Assembly (NCBI GenBank): GCA_934636245.1
Contig: CAKUAI010000014.1
Coordinates: 31,258-95,257 of the forward strand
Reading direction: 5' to 3'
DNA from: an uncultured Coriobacteriales bacterium
GTDB lineage: Bacteria > Actinomycetota > Coriobacteriia > Coriobacteriales > UMGS124
Length of the DNA: 64,000 nucleotides
Part shown: piece after piece, positions 9,339 to 17,866 of the stretch
Numbering within the stretch: position 1 is the first letter of the stretch
Layout: each line of letters begins with the position of its first letter
Notes under the pieces: model-generated
Seen by the model: only the letters and a program-made list of their open reading frames with translations
Database searches by the model: none
Told to the model about the DNA's origin: nothing
Position numbers and translations under genes: made by a program

Positions 9339-9446
9339 GTTCCTCCCTTTCAAATCACGTACATCGATATGCACCGGGCTAAACACCCGATGCGTGGACA
9401 AGACACATTTTTGCGCCAGCTCTGCTTTCGTTTAAACACATGTGCC

Positions 9447-9531
9447 TATGGTTTGGCGTATTGTTTGGTGTATCATTTACGGCGTATGCATGCCCATAAA
9501 CAACAGTAGAGTTTTTATGGGTTGACTGAAA
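9447..9531. promoter_or_regulatory. Conserved islands TATGGTTTGGCGTATTGTTTGGTGTATCATT (9447..9477; the 12-mer GTTTGGYGTATN is duplicated in tandem) and GTTTTTATGGGTTGACTGAAA (9511..9531), separated by 33 nt
   Basis: Paralogous footprint of 3892..3963. The surrounding intergenic sequence cannot be aligned. Confidence 0.5.
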
Positions 9532-9565
9532 TACCTGCTGTTTTGGTTGAAGGGGACACCAAGGG

Positions 9566-11131
9566 ATGGCAAAGATACAACCGAATGCTTCAGGTCTCTC
9601 TGCAGAAACACCTGAAACGAGGCTTGCCCTGGCATCACTTGTCCAACCGGACCTTCTCGGCTTTGCCTTCCACCTTTCCTGGCTCTGCCTCTTCATGTAC
9701 AACGTCATTCCGGGATTCGCTGGTAACGAAGACGCCGGTTTCAACGCGCTTAATCCTGTATATTTCTTCTCTGCCATTAGCCTGATGGCAGTGCTGTGCT
9801 TCGGCATAGCCAAGACGCGCACCTTCATGCAGATTGTTCGCTCAAAAACAGGATGCTATGTAGCACCAATTGTCTGCTCAATCGGCACCCTCTTTTACGC
9901 ACTTTGCGCCATGAACGTCATCCCGCAAACCGCAATGACGCCGCTACTATTGCTCGGCGGCATCATGACGGGAGCAAGTTCGGCTATGCTTGCGGCACAT
10001 TGGGCAAGCGTGTTCGGACGCGCAAAGGCACGAGCGGTCATCATGAACTTCACGATCATACTCGTAGCCGTTCTCATAGCCTGTCTTGCCATCTCGTATT
10101 TGCTCCCCACCATGTCGCTTATCGTGGCAACGCTGTTGCCGCTTGCCTCAGGTGCATCTCTTATATATGCCGACAAACACGCTTTTGAATCCGCTGGCTC
10201 GAATACTCCCCAGGTCAAGCGCCGCCGCAATCAAAAGGCATACGCCATTTTGTCTGGTGCCGTTGCATTGCTGGGACTTTCCACGGGATGCCTTCCCCAA
10301 TTCAGCATCGATGGGAGCAACTTCGACCAGCTGTTTTATTCCATAACGTCGGTCATCACCCTGGGAGCAATTGGTTGGCTTGTTGCCAGGGAAGAACGCT
10401 CCGCATTGCCCGCGTTGTATATTGCACCGCTTGCCATTCTTGGCGTTTTCGCGTTGCCCTACATTCGATTTACAGGCAACGATACCGTAGGGCTTTTCTA
10501 CGCTTTGGGAAATGCCTCGCTTGAACTCATGCTGCTTTTCGAAGCCGTGCTGTTCGCGCTGCTTTTTGATTTTTCTTGCGCACGTACATACATGATTGCA
10601 CGCCTTACGATGGCCGTTTCCGACCTGGGAGGCTGGCTCTTGTCATGTGTAATCGTCCAAACATGGGGCGCAGGAGCAGTAGTACAAGCTGCGGCGGCCG
10701 CCATCCTCATCGGCTCAGAAGTCGTAATCACAGCATTACTAGTTACATACCTACTTCTGCGTCGCAAGTCCCTCACCACATCTGACCTCAACACGCGCGC
10801 GGCGGGCGTGGATTCTGTAGACGAAAGTGACGAAACAGATGACGAGGTCGTCAAGAGGCGCATGACACCAGCCGATATTGATTCCTCAACTTACGGTGCC
10901 ACAACGGCCGCAGATTTCGCGGCGGAACGCTTTGGCCTCTCCCCTCGCGAGGCCGACGTGCTGAGGCTGCTCGTCGCCGGCGAGACGACCGCGCAGATTC
11001 AAGAAGCACTCTGCATCGCCCCGGGCACCTTCAACTACCACATACGCAACATCTTTACCAAGCTCGGCGTGCACTCCCGCCAAGAGCTTCTCATATGCGT
11101 CCGTGACCTGCAAGAACAGCGAAAACAATAA
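9566..11131 (+). CDS. Membrane-embedded LuxR/GerE-family regulator, paralogue of 4011..5579
   Basis: 521 aa with a polytopic hydrophobic N-terminal domain. The C-terminus reads LSPREADVLRLLVAGETTAQIQEALCIAPGTFNYHIRNIFTKLGVHSRQEL. GC looks lower than in neighbouring genes, by eye. Confidence 0.85.
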   Translation: MAKIQPNASGLSAETPETRLALASLVQPDLLGFAFHLSWLCLFMYNVIPGFAGNEDAGFNALNPVYFFSAISLMAVLCFGIAKTRTFMQIVRSKTGCYVAPIVCSIGTLFYALCAMNVIPQTAMTPLLLLGGIMTGASSAMLAAHWASVFGRAKARAVIMNFTIILVAVLIACLAISYLLPTMSLIVATLLPLASGASLIYADKHAFESAGSNTPQVKRRRNQKAYAILSGAVALLGLSTGCLPQFSIDGSNFDQLFYSITSVITLGAIGWLVAREERSALPALYIAPLAILGVFALPYIRFTGNDTVGLFYALGNASLELMLLFEAVLFALLFDFSCARTYMIARLTMAVSDLGGWLLSCVIVQTWGAGAVVQAAAAAILIGSEVVITALLVTYLLLRRKSLTTSDLNTRAAGVDSVDESDETDDEVVKRRMTPADIDSSTYGATTAADFAAERFGLSPREADVLRLLVAGETTAQIQEALCIAPGTFNYHIRNIFTKLGVHSRQELLICVRDLQEQRKQ

Positions 11132-11216
11132 CCCAACCATACACCCGTATGGGTGACTCGTCCCCCAGTTCAACCCTAGGATTGCAGCATCGCAACCACA
11201 TGAGGAGTTGATGAGG

Positions 11217-11957
11217 ATGAGCCAGATGGAAAACGACGAAATCGAGTGCGGCGACCCTGATTGCGGAGCGCAGGCAGCATGGCAGCCCGGCCCAACGCTG
11301 CAGGAATCGATTGCAAAGGCCGCAGGGCACCGCGATGCCGATGATGCCAAGGCTTTGGAGAAGCTGATGCAGCGCATGTCCACGCGACGCAGCTCCCTGC
11401 TGGGCATTCTTGACCTTTGCCGCGAGCCCCACGGCGCCGCCGAGGTCGATGCCTGCGTCGCTAAGCTGCAGGCGCACAATGCAAGCGTCTACGACGGGGC
11501 CGCGCTTTGCTCCATGCTGCAGCAGGCAGGCGCGCTTGAGACCGTGGCCGATGAAGACGAGACGGCCGACACCGACGACGAGCCCCAGATCGAGGTTGTC
11601 GACGGAGTCGAGTACCTGCGCCCGGCCAAGCCCGCTCAGAAGCTCTGGCGGACAACTGAGATTGGCCTTGCATACCTCGACAGCTTCGACCCGAAGGCCG
11701 ACCTTGCCCGCCTGCTGGCGGACGACGCCGCGTACATGGACATCTACCTGCGCGTGCTCGACATGTGCGCCGACAACGGCGGCACCACGACGCCCGCGCT
11801 TTCGGCTGCCATCGACAAGGACCCCCTCGTGCAGTTGCCGCGCTTCTTTGCCCAGCATTTCACCGAGCGTCTTGAGAAGGCCGGCGCAGTGGAATGGGAC
11901 GGTGCCTGGAAAATCACCGACTTGGGGCGCTCCTACCTTGAGGACGCATCGCACTAA
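11217..11957 (+). CDS. Hypothetical acidic cytoplasmic protein with two similar helical, possibly winged-helix-like halves
   Basis: The ORF spans 11208..11957. The ATG at 11217 lies 9 nt after GAGGAG. There is no signal peptide or TM segment. Internal similarity: LLGILDLCREPHGAAEVDACV resembles YLRVLDMCADNGGTTTPALSA. I recognised no family. Confidence 0.55.
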   Translation: MSQMENDEIECGDPDCGAQAAWQPGPTLQESIAKAAGHRDADDAKALEKLMQRMSTRRSSLLGILDLCREPHGAAEVDACVAKLQAHNASVYDGAALCSMLQQAGALETVADEDETADTDDEPQIEVVDGVEYLRPAKPAQKLWRTTEIGLAYLDSFDPKADLARLLADDAAYMDIYLRVLDMCADNGGTTTPALSAAIDKDPLVQLPRFFAQHFTERLEKAGAVEWDGAWKITDLGRSYLEDASH

Positions 11958-12056
11958 TCCCTCGAAAAGCCACCAAGGCGAACAGGGCCACATGCATTCG
12001 AAAGTCGGCGTTGCAACCGCCGCAACGCCGACGCACAACAAGACAAGGACGACACC

Positions 12057-12917
12057 ATGAACCGCGAGGAATGCACCAAGAACCGCGTTATCAACCCCAA
12101 TTTCGACGCCTCCCCCAAGCCTGAGGCAGTGGCCCAGCTCACGCCCACCCCTGAGCTCATCGCCTCCCTCGCCGCCGCAGAGAAGGCACCCCATGCAGCA
12201 AGGACGCTGGGCGACATCGACCTGGGGAAGATGGAGGCAGAGGAGCTTGAAGAGCTCGCCGGCGCCTGCGAGTCGCGCGCAAACATGTATGCGCTGCTCA
12301 GCCGTGTCTATCGCGTTGAGGCCGACCAGGCCCTTCTTGACCAGCTGCAGGCAGCGAACTATGCAGCGAACACGGGCAACAAGGACGTCGACGAGGGGTA
12401 TCGCCTGCTCGTGAAGTGGCTGGGGCAGACCTGGGAGCACAGCCTGCTCGACCTTGCGAAGGACTACGTGCGCGCGTTCATCGGCTACACCGGCGACCAC
12501 GCAAGCGCCGCTTACCCCTTCGAGAGTGTGTACCGCTCCGAGAAGCACCTGCTGATGCAGGAATCTCGTGACGAGGTGCTGGCCTGCTACCGCGCCGCCG
12601 GCCTTGAGAAGGACGAGAGTTGGCGCGAAGGCGAGGACCATGTGGCGTTGGAGTTCGAGTATATGAGCACCATGGCAACCCGCTCCGCCGATGCCTTGCG
12701 CTCGGCGGACACGAAGCTTGCCCAGGGCCTGCTCAACGACCAGTCGCATTTCCTGCAGGACCATCTCAACGCATGGGTGCCCAACTTCACGAAGGATGTG
12801 GAGCGCTGCGCAACCACGAAGTTCTACCGCGGCTTTGCACTCATCACGCGCGGATACCTCGAGTGCGAGATGGAGCTCTTCGGCGACCTGGCCGCGCAGG
12901 TAGAAAAGGCCGCGTAG
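12057..12917 (+). CDS. TorD/DmsD-family redox-enzyme maturation chaperone with a ~70-aa N-terminal extension
   Basis: The core YPFESVYRSEKHLLMQESRDEVLACYRAAGL...EDHVALEFEYMS is typical of the TorD/DmsD/NarJ family. Confidence 0.8.
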   Translation: MNREECTKNRVINPNFDASPKPEAVAQLTPTPELIASLAAAEKAPHAARTLGDIDLGKMEAEELEELAGACESRANMYALLSRVYRVEADQALLDQLQAANYAANTGNKDVDEGYRLLVKWLGQTWEHSLLDLAKDYVRAFIGYTGDHASAAYPFESVYRSEKHLLMQESRDEVLACYRAAGLEKDESWREGEDHVALEFEYMSTMATRSADALRSADTKLAQGLLNDQSHFLQDHLNAWVPNFTKDVERCATTKFYRGFALITRGYLECEMELFGDLAAQVEKAA

Positions 12918-13124
12918 TACGCGCTCAAAAGGTCGGGCCACACCACTCGACAAACATGCGACTCCAAGGGGCCGCCGCATCCCGGTCTGAACTGCGCGGG
13001 TGCGGCGGCCCCTTTGCCTACGTTTTCAGTGTGATGCCCTGTGAACTTGCGTTTCGGCAGGCGGGGTGCAGGCATTTGGAGTATCGTCCTTGCGTCAAAC
13101 TCTTATCACAACGGGGGTAACGCA

Positions 13125-14009
13125 ATGTACGACAACATGCCCGAACTCGGCCGCAACGACGCCTGCTGGTGTGGAAGCGGCAAGAAGTACAAGAAGTGCC
13201 ACGAGGCCATCGACACCCGACTGCAGGAGCTCTACATGCAGGGCGAGGAGGTGCCGAGCAGGGTTCTGCTCAAGACCCCGGCCGACATCGAGGGCATCAA
13301 GGCGTCCGCCGAGGTAAACGTGGGTGTGCTCGACTACGTGGGCGAGCACATCAAGGCCGGCGTCACCACCGCCGACATCAACCGCTGGGTGGAGGAATAC
13401 CTGGCCGCGCATGACGCGGTGAGCGCCGACCTCAACTACGAGGGCTATCCCTTCAGCGTGTGCACCTCGGTGAACGACGTCATCTGCCACGGCTTTCCCA
13501 ACGAGAACGAGGTGCTGCACGACGGCGACATCATCAACGTCGACATGTCCACCATCAAGGGCGGCTATTTCTCCGACTCCTCGCGCATGTACTGCATCGG
13601 CGAGGTGAGCGAGGAACGCAAGCGCCTCGTGGAGACCTGCAAGGCCGCGGTCGAGGCCGGCCTTGCCGCCGTGAAGCCTTGGGCGCATCTGGGCGATGTG
13701 AGCGCCGCCGTGAACAAGGTGGCCACCGACGCCGGCTTCTCGGTGGTGGCCGAGTACGGCGGCCACGGCATCGGCAAGGAGTTCCACGAGGACCCCTTCG
13801 TGAGCTTCGTGGAAGAGGCTGGCACCGGCCCCATCATGGCGCCGGGCATGTGCTTCACCATCGAGCCCATGGTGAACGCCGGCGAGGCCACCATCACCAC
13901 CGACGAGGACAACGGCTGGATTGTGCGCACCGCCGACGGCAGCGACTCCGCCCAGTGGGAGGTCCAGCTCGTCGTCACCGAGACGGGATATGAGCTGCTG
14001 AGCTGGTAG
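13125..14009 (+). CDS. map: Type I methionine aminopeptidase with an N-terminal SEC-C zinc motif
   Basis: The ORF spans 13041..14009; the ATG is at 13125 after GGGGG. Motifs: CWCGSGKKYKKCH, VCHGFPN, DIINVDMS, GHGIG, FTIEPM. Confidence 0.92.
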   Translation: MYDNMPELGRNDACWCGSGKKYKKCHEAIDTRLQELYMQGEEVPSRVLLKTPADIEGIKASAEVNVGVLDYVGEHIKAGVTTADINRWVEEYLAAHDAVSADLNYEGYPFSVCTSVNDVICHGFPNENEVLHDGDIINVDMSTIKGGYFSDSSRMYCIGEVSEERKRLVETCKAAVEAGLAAVKPWAHLGDVSAAVNKVATDAGFSVVAEYGGHGIGKEFHEDPFVSFVEEAGTGPIMAPGMCFTIEPMVNAGEATITTDEDNGWIVRTADGSDSAQWEVQLVVTETGYELLSW

Positions 14010-14047
14010 TTCGACAAGCTGGCAAGCACCGACCCAACGCACTCACC

Positions 14048-14081
14048 AGCCCGCTTTCCGCAAAGGGAGGCGGGCTTTTTT
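14048..14081 (+). terminator. Rho-independent terminator AGCCCGC-N15-GCGGGCT followed by TTTTTT
   Basis: A 7-bp GC stem followed by a T6 run, 39 nt after the map stop codon. Confidence 0.75.
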
Positions 14082-14099
14082 CGAGCCGCAGTTCAAGCC

Positions 14100-15725
14100 T
14101 TAGCAGCCTTCGTTCTCCACCATGTCGATAAGCTCCTGCTGCTTGTGCACGCCGAGCTTCGTGTAGATGTGCATCATATGAGTGCGGGCGGTGCCTTCTG
14201 CAATGTTGAGCTCGCGTGCCACAACAGAAAGCGTGCGGCCGCGGGCAAGCAAGAGCAGTACATCGCGCTCGCGCGGGGTCAAGTCGCAGCGGGCGGCAAC
14301 CACCTCGCAGCGGGTCTCGAGCGACTCGGCAGCCTCGCCGCTCATGTGGGAACCCTCGCCCATGCGGCCCACAAACCCCACCTTGGAAAGCACGTCCTCA
14401 GGCAAAACGAGAACGACCAGCACAACAAGAACCAGAATGCACATGAGCGCCAAAGCTGACATGTCAAGTGTGCCGGCAAGGATGGGCGGTACCACGATGC
14501 GCGACAACAGCGTGCCCGCTCCCATGCCGACATAGGTCATCGCCACGCCCCACCCAAACACAAACAGCGGACGCGGCACAGCCCCCTGCCTGGACAGCCC
14601 GACCAGCAATACCCAAAACAGCAGGTCAAAAAACTCATAGCCGACCGTCACCACGGCAATGGAGACCACGGTGAATCGGTCCATGAACATGGTGAGAATC
14701 GCAAACCCGGCCACCATGCAAGGAAGCGACAACCGATACACGAGCATGACATCAAAGCGCTCTCGAAACATCAGCGCAAACACCGCAAGCACGGCACCCA
14801 CGGCGAAGACGGCCAGAAACGCGTAGTTGTCCGCCACAAACGACGGAACTCCACCCTCGACTGTCGCGGCCGGGAACGAATCGAGACAGCGTCCCACCAG
14901 GGAAAACACCGCGATGGATGCCATCAGGCGGACGAAGGTCGTAAGCGAAACCGCCTCGCTCTGCTCGTCTGCGGCACGAGAATCACACATACCGCCAGCT
15001 TGATTGCGTGATTCCTGCTCTTTCAAGCTCAAAGCCACCGCACCGTCGCCCACACGATGCGCGTAAAGCAACAGAAGCGACAGGGCAGGCAACACATAAA
15101 GGCACATGAGCAGCGCCGAATCGGGCAAGACTATCATGATGACCGCCATTGCGATGGCACCCATGGGGACCGACAGAAGCGCCGTGGCCATCCCAAAGCG
15201 GCTGAAACGGATGCCCCATTCTACCTGCAGCAAAGCTGAAGAAGCTCCGCACAGCGCAAAGGCAACCAAGAGAAGGGGCTTCATCAACGTTGACGCAGCA
15301 ACCCCAAGCATGCAGAGGGAAGCGATGCAGCATGCAATATTGGCGAGGGCAAATCGGACCGAATCGGCAACAGGCGCATCGCTTAAGTCTTTGGAAGCGT
15401 CCACCCCTTCGTTGCGCACGGCACGGCGAGTCGGGCTACCCGGGCGATGCAGGCGCGAAAGGCACGACACAAGTATCGCCGCGAGCGCACCGGCAAACAG
15501 GTACACCTGGTCGTATCCAAACAGGCCGGACTCGATGAGACTGTAACGGGCCGCAAAGGCCAGAAATCCCACGACCCAGGCGTGACAGAGGCCAAAACCG
15601 AGCGCAAGAACGACAAGCTCAAACGGATCGGGCTTGTCATGCCCCTCCCCCGCGGCCGCACCCATCGCCCCGCCTTTGGTGCGCGCCCGCGTATCCTCAC
15701 CTGCACCCATGTGCCCACCCCTCAC
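14100..15725 (-). CDS. Membrane-embedded LuxR/GerE-family regulator
   Basis: 541-aa ORF with multiple hydrophobic helices. The C-terminus reads LTPRERDVLLLLARGRTLSVVARELNIAEGTARTHMMHIYTKLGVHKQQEL. The start is uncertain; in-frame Met codons occur at codons 6 and 21. Confidence 0.8.
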   Translation of the reverse strand: MRGGHMGAGEDTRARTKGGAMGAAAGEGHDKPDPFELVVLALGFGLCHAWVVGFLAFAARYSLIESGLFGYDQVYLFAGALAAILVSCLSRLHRPGSPTRRAVRNEGVDASKDLSDAPVADSVRFALANIACCIASLCMLGVAASTLMKPLLLVAFALCGASSALLQVEWGIRFSRFGMATALLSVPMGAIAMAVIMIVLPDSALLMCLYVLPALSLLLLYAHRVGDGAVALSLKEQESRNQAGGMCDSRAADEQSEAVSLTTFVRLMASIAVFSLVGRCLDSFPAATVEGGVPSFVADNYAFLAVFAVGAVLAVFALMFRERFDVMLVYRLSLPCMVAGFAILTMFMDRFTVVSIAVVTVGYEFFDLLFWVLLVGLSRQGAVPRPLFVFGWGVAMTYVGMGAGTLLSRIVVPPILAGTLDMSALALMCILVLVVLVVLVLPEDVLSKVGFVGRMGEGSHMSGEAAESLETRCEVVAARCDLTPRERDVLLLLARGRTLSVVARELNIAEGTARTHMMHIYTKLGVHKQQELIDMVENEGC

Positions 15726-15936
15726 AAACTACCAGCTCAACAGCTCATACGACGCACAGTATGAGTCCAAATACCCATCAATACGACAGCCCGAGAGATG
15801 CCCCAAAGACCCCTATCGGCAATAGTCAAACCCGGCACGCCGCCGGCGCCGCCCAACGGTGGGCAGCGCACACAAGCATACCAGCATTGCGTCAAAAGCG
15901 GCAAAAAGAGCACCACGCATCTGAAAGGGGAAGCAA

Positions 15937-17583
15937 ATGGGCAACAACGTATCGCGTCGCAACTTCGTGAAGGGGGCCGGTGCCGCCGCCGGCATGGCCG
16001 CGCTCACCGGCGCGTCTATTGCGACGGCCGACGAGGCCACCGACAACTCCTGGCTGCCTGCAGCTTGGGACTACGAGTGCGACCTGCTCGTCATCGGCTA
16101 TGGCGGAGCAGGCATGTGGGCCTCGCTCATCGGCGCTGACGAGTGCGGCCAGGAAGTCCTGATCCTTGAGAAGGCCCCCGTGGAGGGTGGCGGAAACTCC
16201 CGCATCAACAACGGCGAGTGGACCATCATTCCCGAGGACAAGAAAGAGACCTTCAAGGAGTACCTGCGCACGTTCTCCAAGGGCGCCATCGCCGACGACA
16301 TGGCCGACGCCTGGGTCGAGGAGTGCGCGCGCAACACCGAGTACGCCGACAAGTATGGCATGACGTACGAGATCGTGGACTCGGCCCTAGCCGGCTCCAT
16401 TCCCGAGTACTACAAGCTCGACGAGAACAAATTCGCAGGCTGCCAGCGCCTTTCCTCCGTTGAGGGCTTCGGCATGAAGACTTTCCACGAGCTCGACGCC
16501 AAGCGCGTCGAACTGGGCGCCGAGATTCTGTTCGACTGCCATGACGAACACCTCATCCAGAACCCCACCACGCGCGAGATCGTGGGAGCCTACACGCTCA
16601 TCGGCGACGACGAGACCCCCAAGGCCGTCAAGGCGCGCAAGGGCGTCATCATGTGCTGCGGCGGCTTTGAGTTCAACGAGGAGCTCAAGAACAAGTACCT
16701 CAAGATCTATCCCTTCAAGTTCGAGGGCTGGCGCTTCAACACTGGCGACGGCATCCGCATGGTCGAGGAGGTCGGCGCGAAGCTCTGGCACATGGACAAC
16801 GTCATCTCGATGACCTCCATGTACACCCGCGACCCCGAGAACGACTTCTCCATCCTCGCCTTCCCGTCCGGCCCCTCCTACATCTGGGTGAACCGCCTGG
16901 GCAAGCGCTTCGTCGACGAGAACAACACCGGCTCGCCTCACAACGGCTGGCACACGCTCATGTCGTTCGACGACCGCATCTGCGACTTCGACCGCATTCC
17001 TACCTGGTGCGTCTTTGACCAGGCCACCTTCGAGGCCGGCAAGCTCTCCACGAGCCAGGGCGACTTCTTCGAGTGCGGCAACTACGCAAGCGACCTGCCC
17101 GATGAGATTCGCGACTGGGACGGCTGGAGCCAGGACAACCAGGCCGAGGTCGACAAGGGCTGGATCATGAAGGCCGACACCCTCGAGGAGCTCGCCGCGC
17201 AGATGAAGGACTGGGACTCCTGGATGGATGCCGACACGCTCGCAGCAACCGTCGCCGAGTACAACGGCTTCTGCGAGCAGGGTCGCGACGAGCGCTTCGA
17301 CCGCGCCGCCTCCACGCTCGTGGCCCTCTCCGAGGAAGGCCCCTACTACGCCTACGCCATTTACCCGGGCTCCTGCTCCACGCTCGGCGGCCCCGAGAAG
17401 AACGTGAACGGCCAGGTGCTCGACCCGGCCGGCAACCCCATCCCTCGTCTGTACGCAGCCGGCTGCTTCGGCAACTTCCAGGATCACTCCTACGGAATCA
17501 CCGGCGGCAACAACGCCGAGAACCAGGTGTGGGGACGCATCAGCGCTCGCCATGCCTCCAGCCTGGAGAACTGGGACGCCTAA
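15937..17583 (+). CDS. Tat-exported FAD-dependent oxidoreductase (fumarate reductase/succinate dehydrogenase flavoprotein-like, FAD_binding_2)
   Basis: The N-terminus is MGNNVSRRNFVKGAGAAAGMAALTGASIATA. The dinucleotide fold is DLLVIGYGGAGMWASL. The C-terminal family signature is RLYAAGCFGN. GGGGAAG precedes the ATG. Confidence 0.85.
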   Translation: MGNNVSRRNFVKGAGAAAGMAALTGASIATADEATDNSWLPAAWDYECDLLVIGYGGAGMWASLIGADECGQEVLILEKAPVEGGGNSRINNGEWTIIPEDKKETFKEYLRTFSKGAIADDMADAWVEECARNTEYADKYGMTYEIVDSALAGSIPEYYKLDENKFAGCQRLSSVEGFGMKTFHELDAKRVELGAEILFDCHDEHLIQNPTTREIVGAYTLIGDDETPKAVKARKGVIMCCGGFEFNEELKNKYLKIYPFKFEGWRFNTGDGIRMVEEVGAKLWHMDNVISMTSMYTRDPENDFSILAFPSGPSYIWVNRLGKRFVDENNTGSPHNGWHTLMSFDDRICDFDRIPTWCVFDQATFEAGKLSTSQGDFFECGNYASDLPDEIRDWDGWSQDNQAEVDKGWIMKADTLEELAAQMKDWDSWMDADTLAATVAEYNGFCEQGRDERFDRAASTLVALSEEGPYYAYAIYPGSCSTLGGPEKNVNGQVLDPAGNPIPRLYAAGCFGNFQDHSYGITGGNNAENQVWGRISARHASSLENWDA

Positions 17584-17866
17584 AGTTTGATTGGATTCGC
17601 TGTGGCTGCGTTCCGCAAGGACTCATGTACGCCCAGTACACTTCGCCCTTGCGCGCCTTGCCACAGCGAATCCTGATTAACACGTGAACGAAGCGGGCGG
17701 CAAGAACCCGGGTGCGTTCAACGAGGAAAGCCTGTGCCAGGCATGTCGTCCTCGCGCACCCCTTACAGCGACTCCTTGTTTGCGCATAGGACACGGGCGG
17801 CCGGGCTCTCCCCTGCCGCCCGCTTCACACGCTTCACTTCCTACATGAGATAGTTAGGAGATTCAC

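Noticed and set aside
15803-15833. Motifs resembling the module footprints upstream of the third LuxR gene. On the minus strand these read GGGTTTGAC and ATAGGGGTCTTTGG. Similar words occur at 24948..24960 and 25018..25031.
   Set aside because: The matches are short and degenerate. Their order and spacing relative to the LuxR gene differ from the 3892..3963 and 9447..9531 arrangement. There is not enough support for a common LuxR box.
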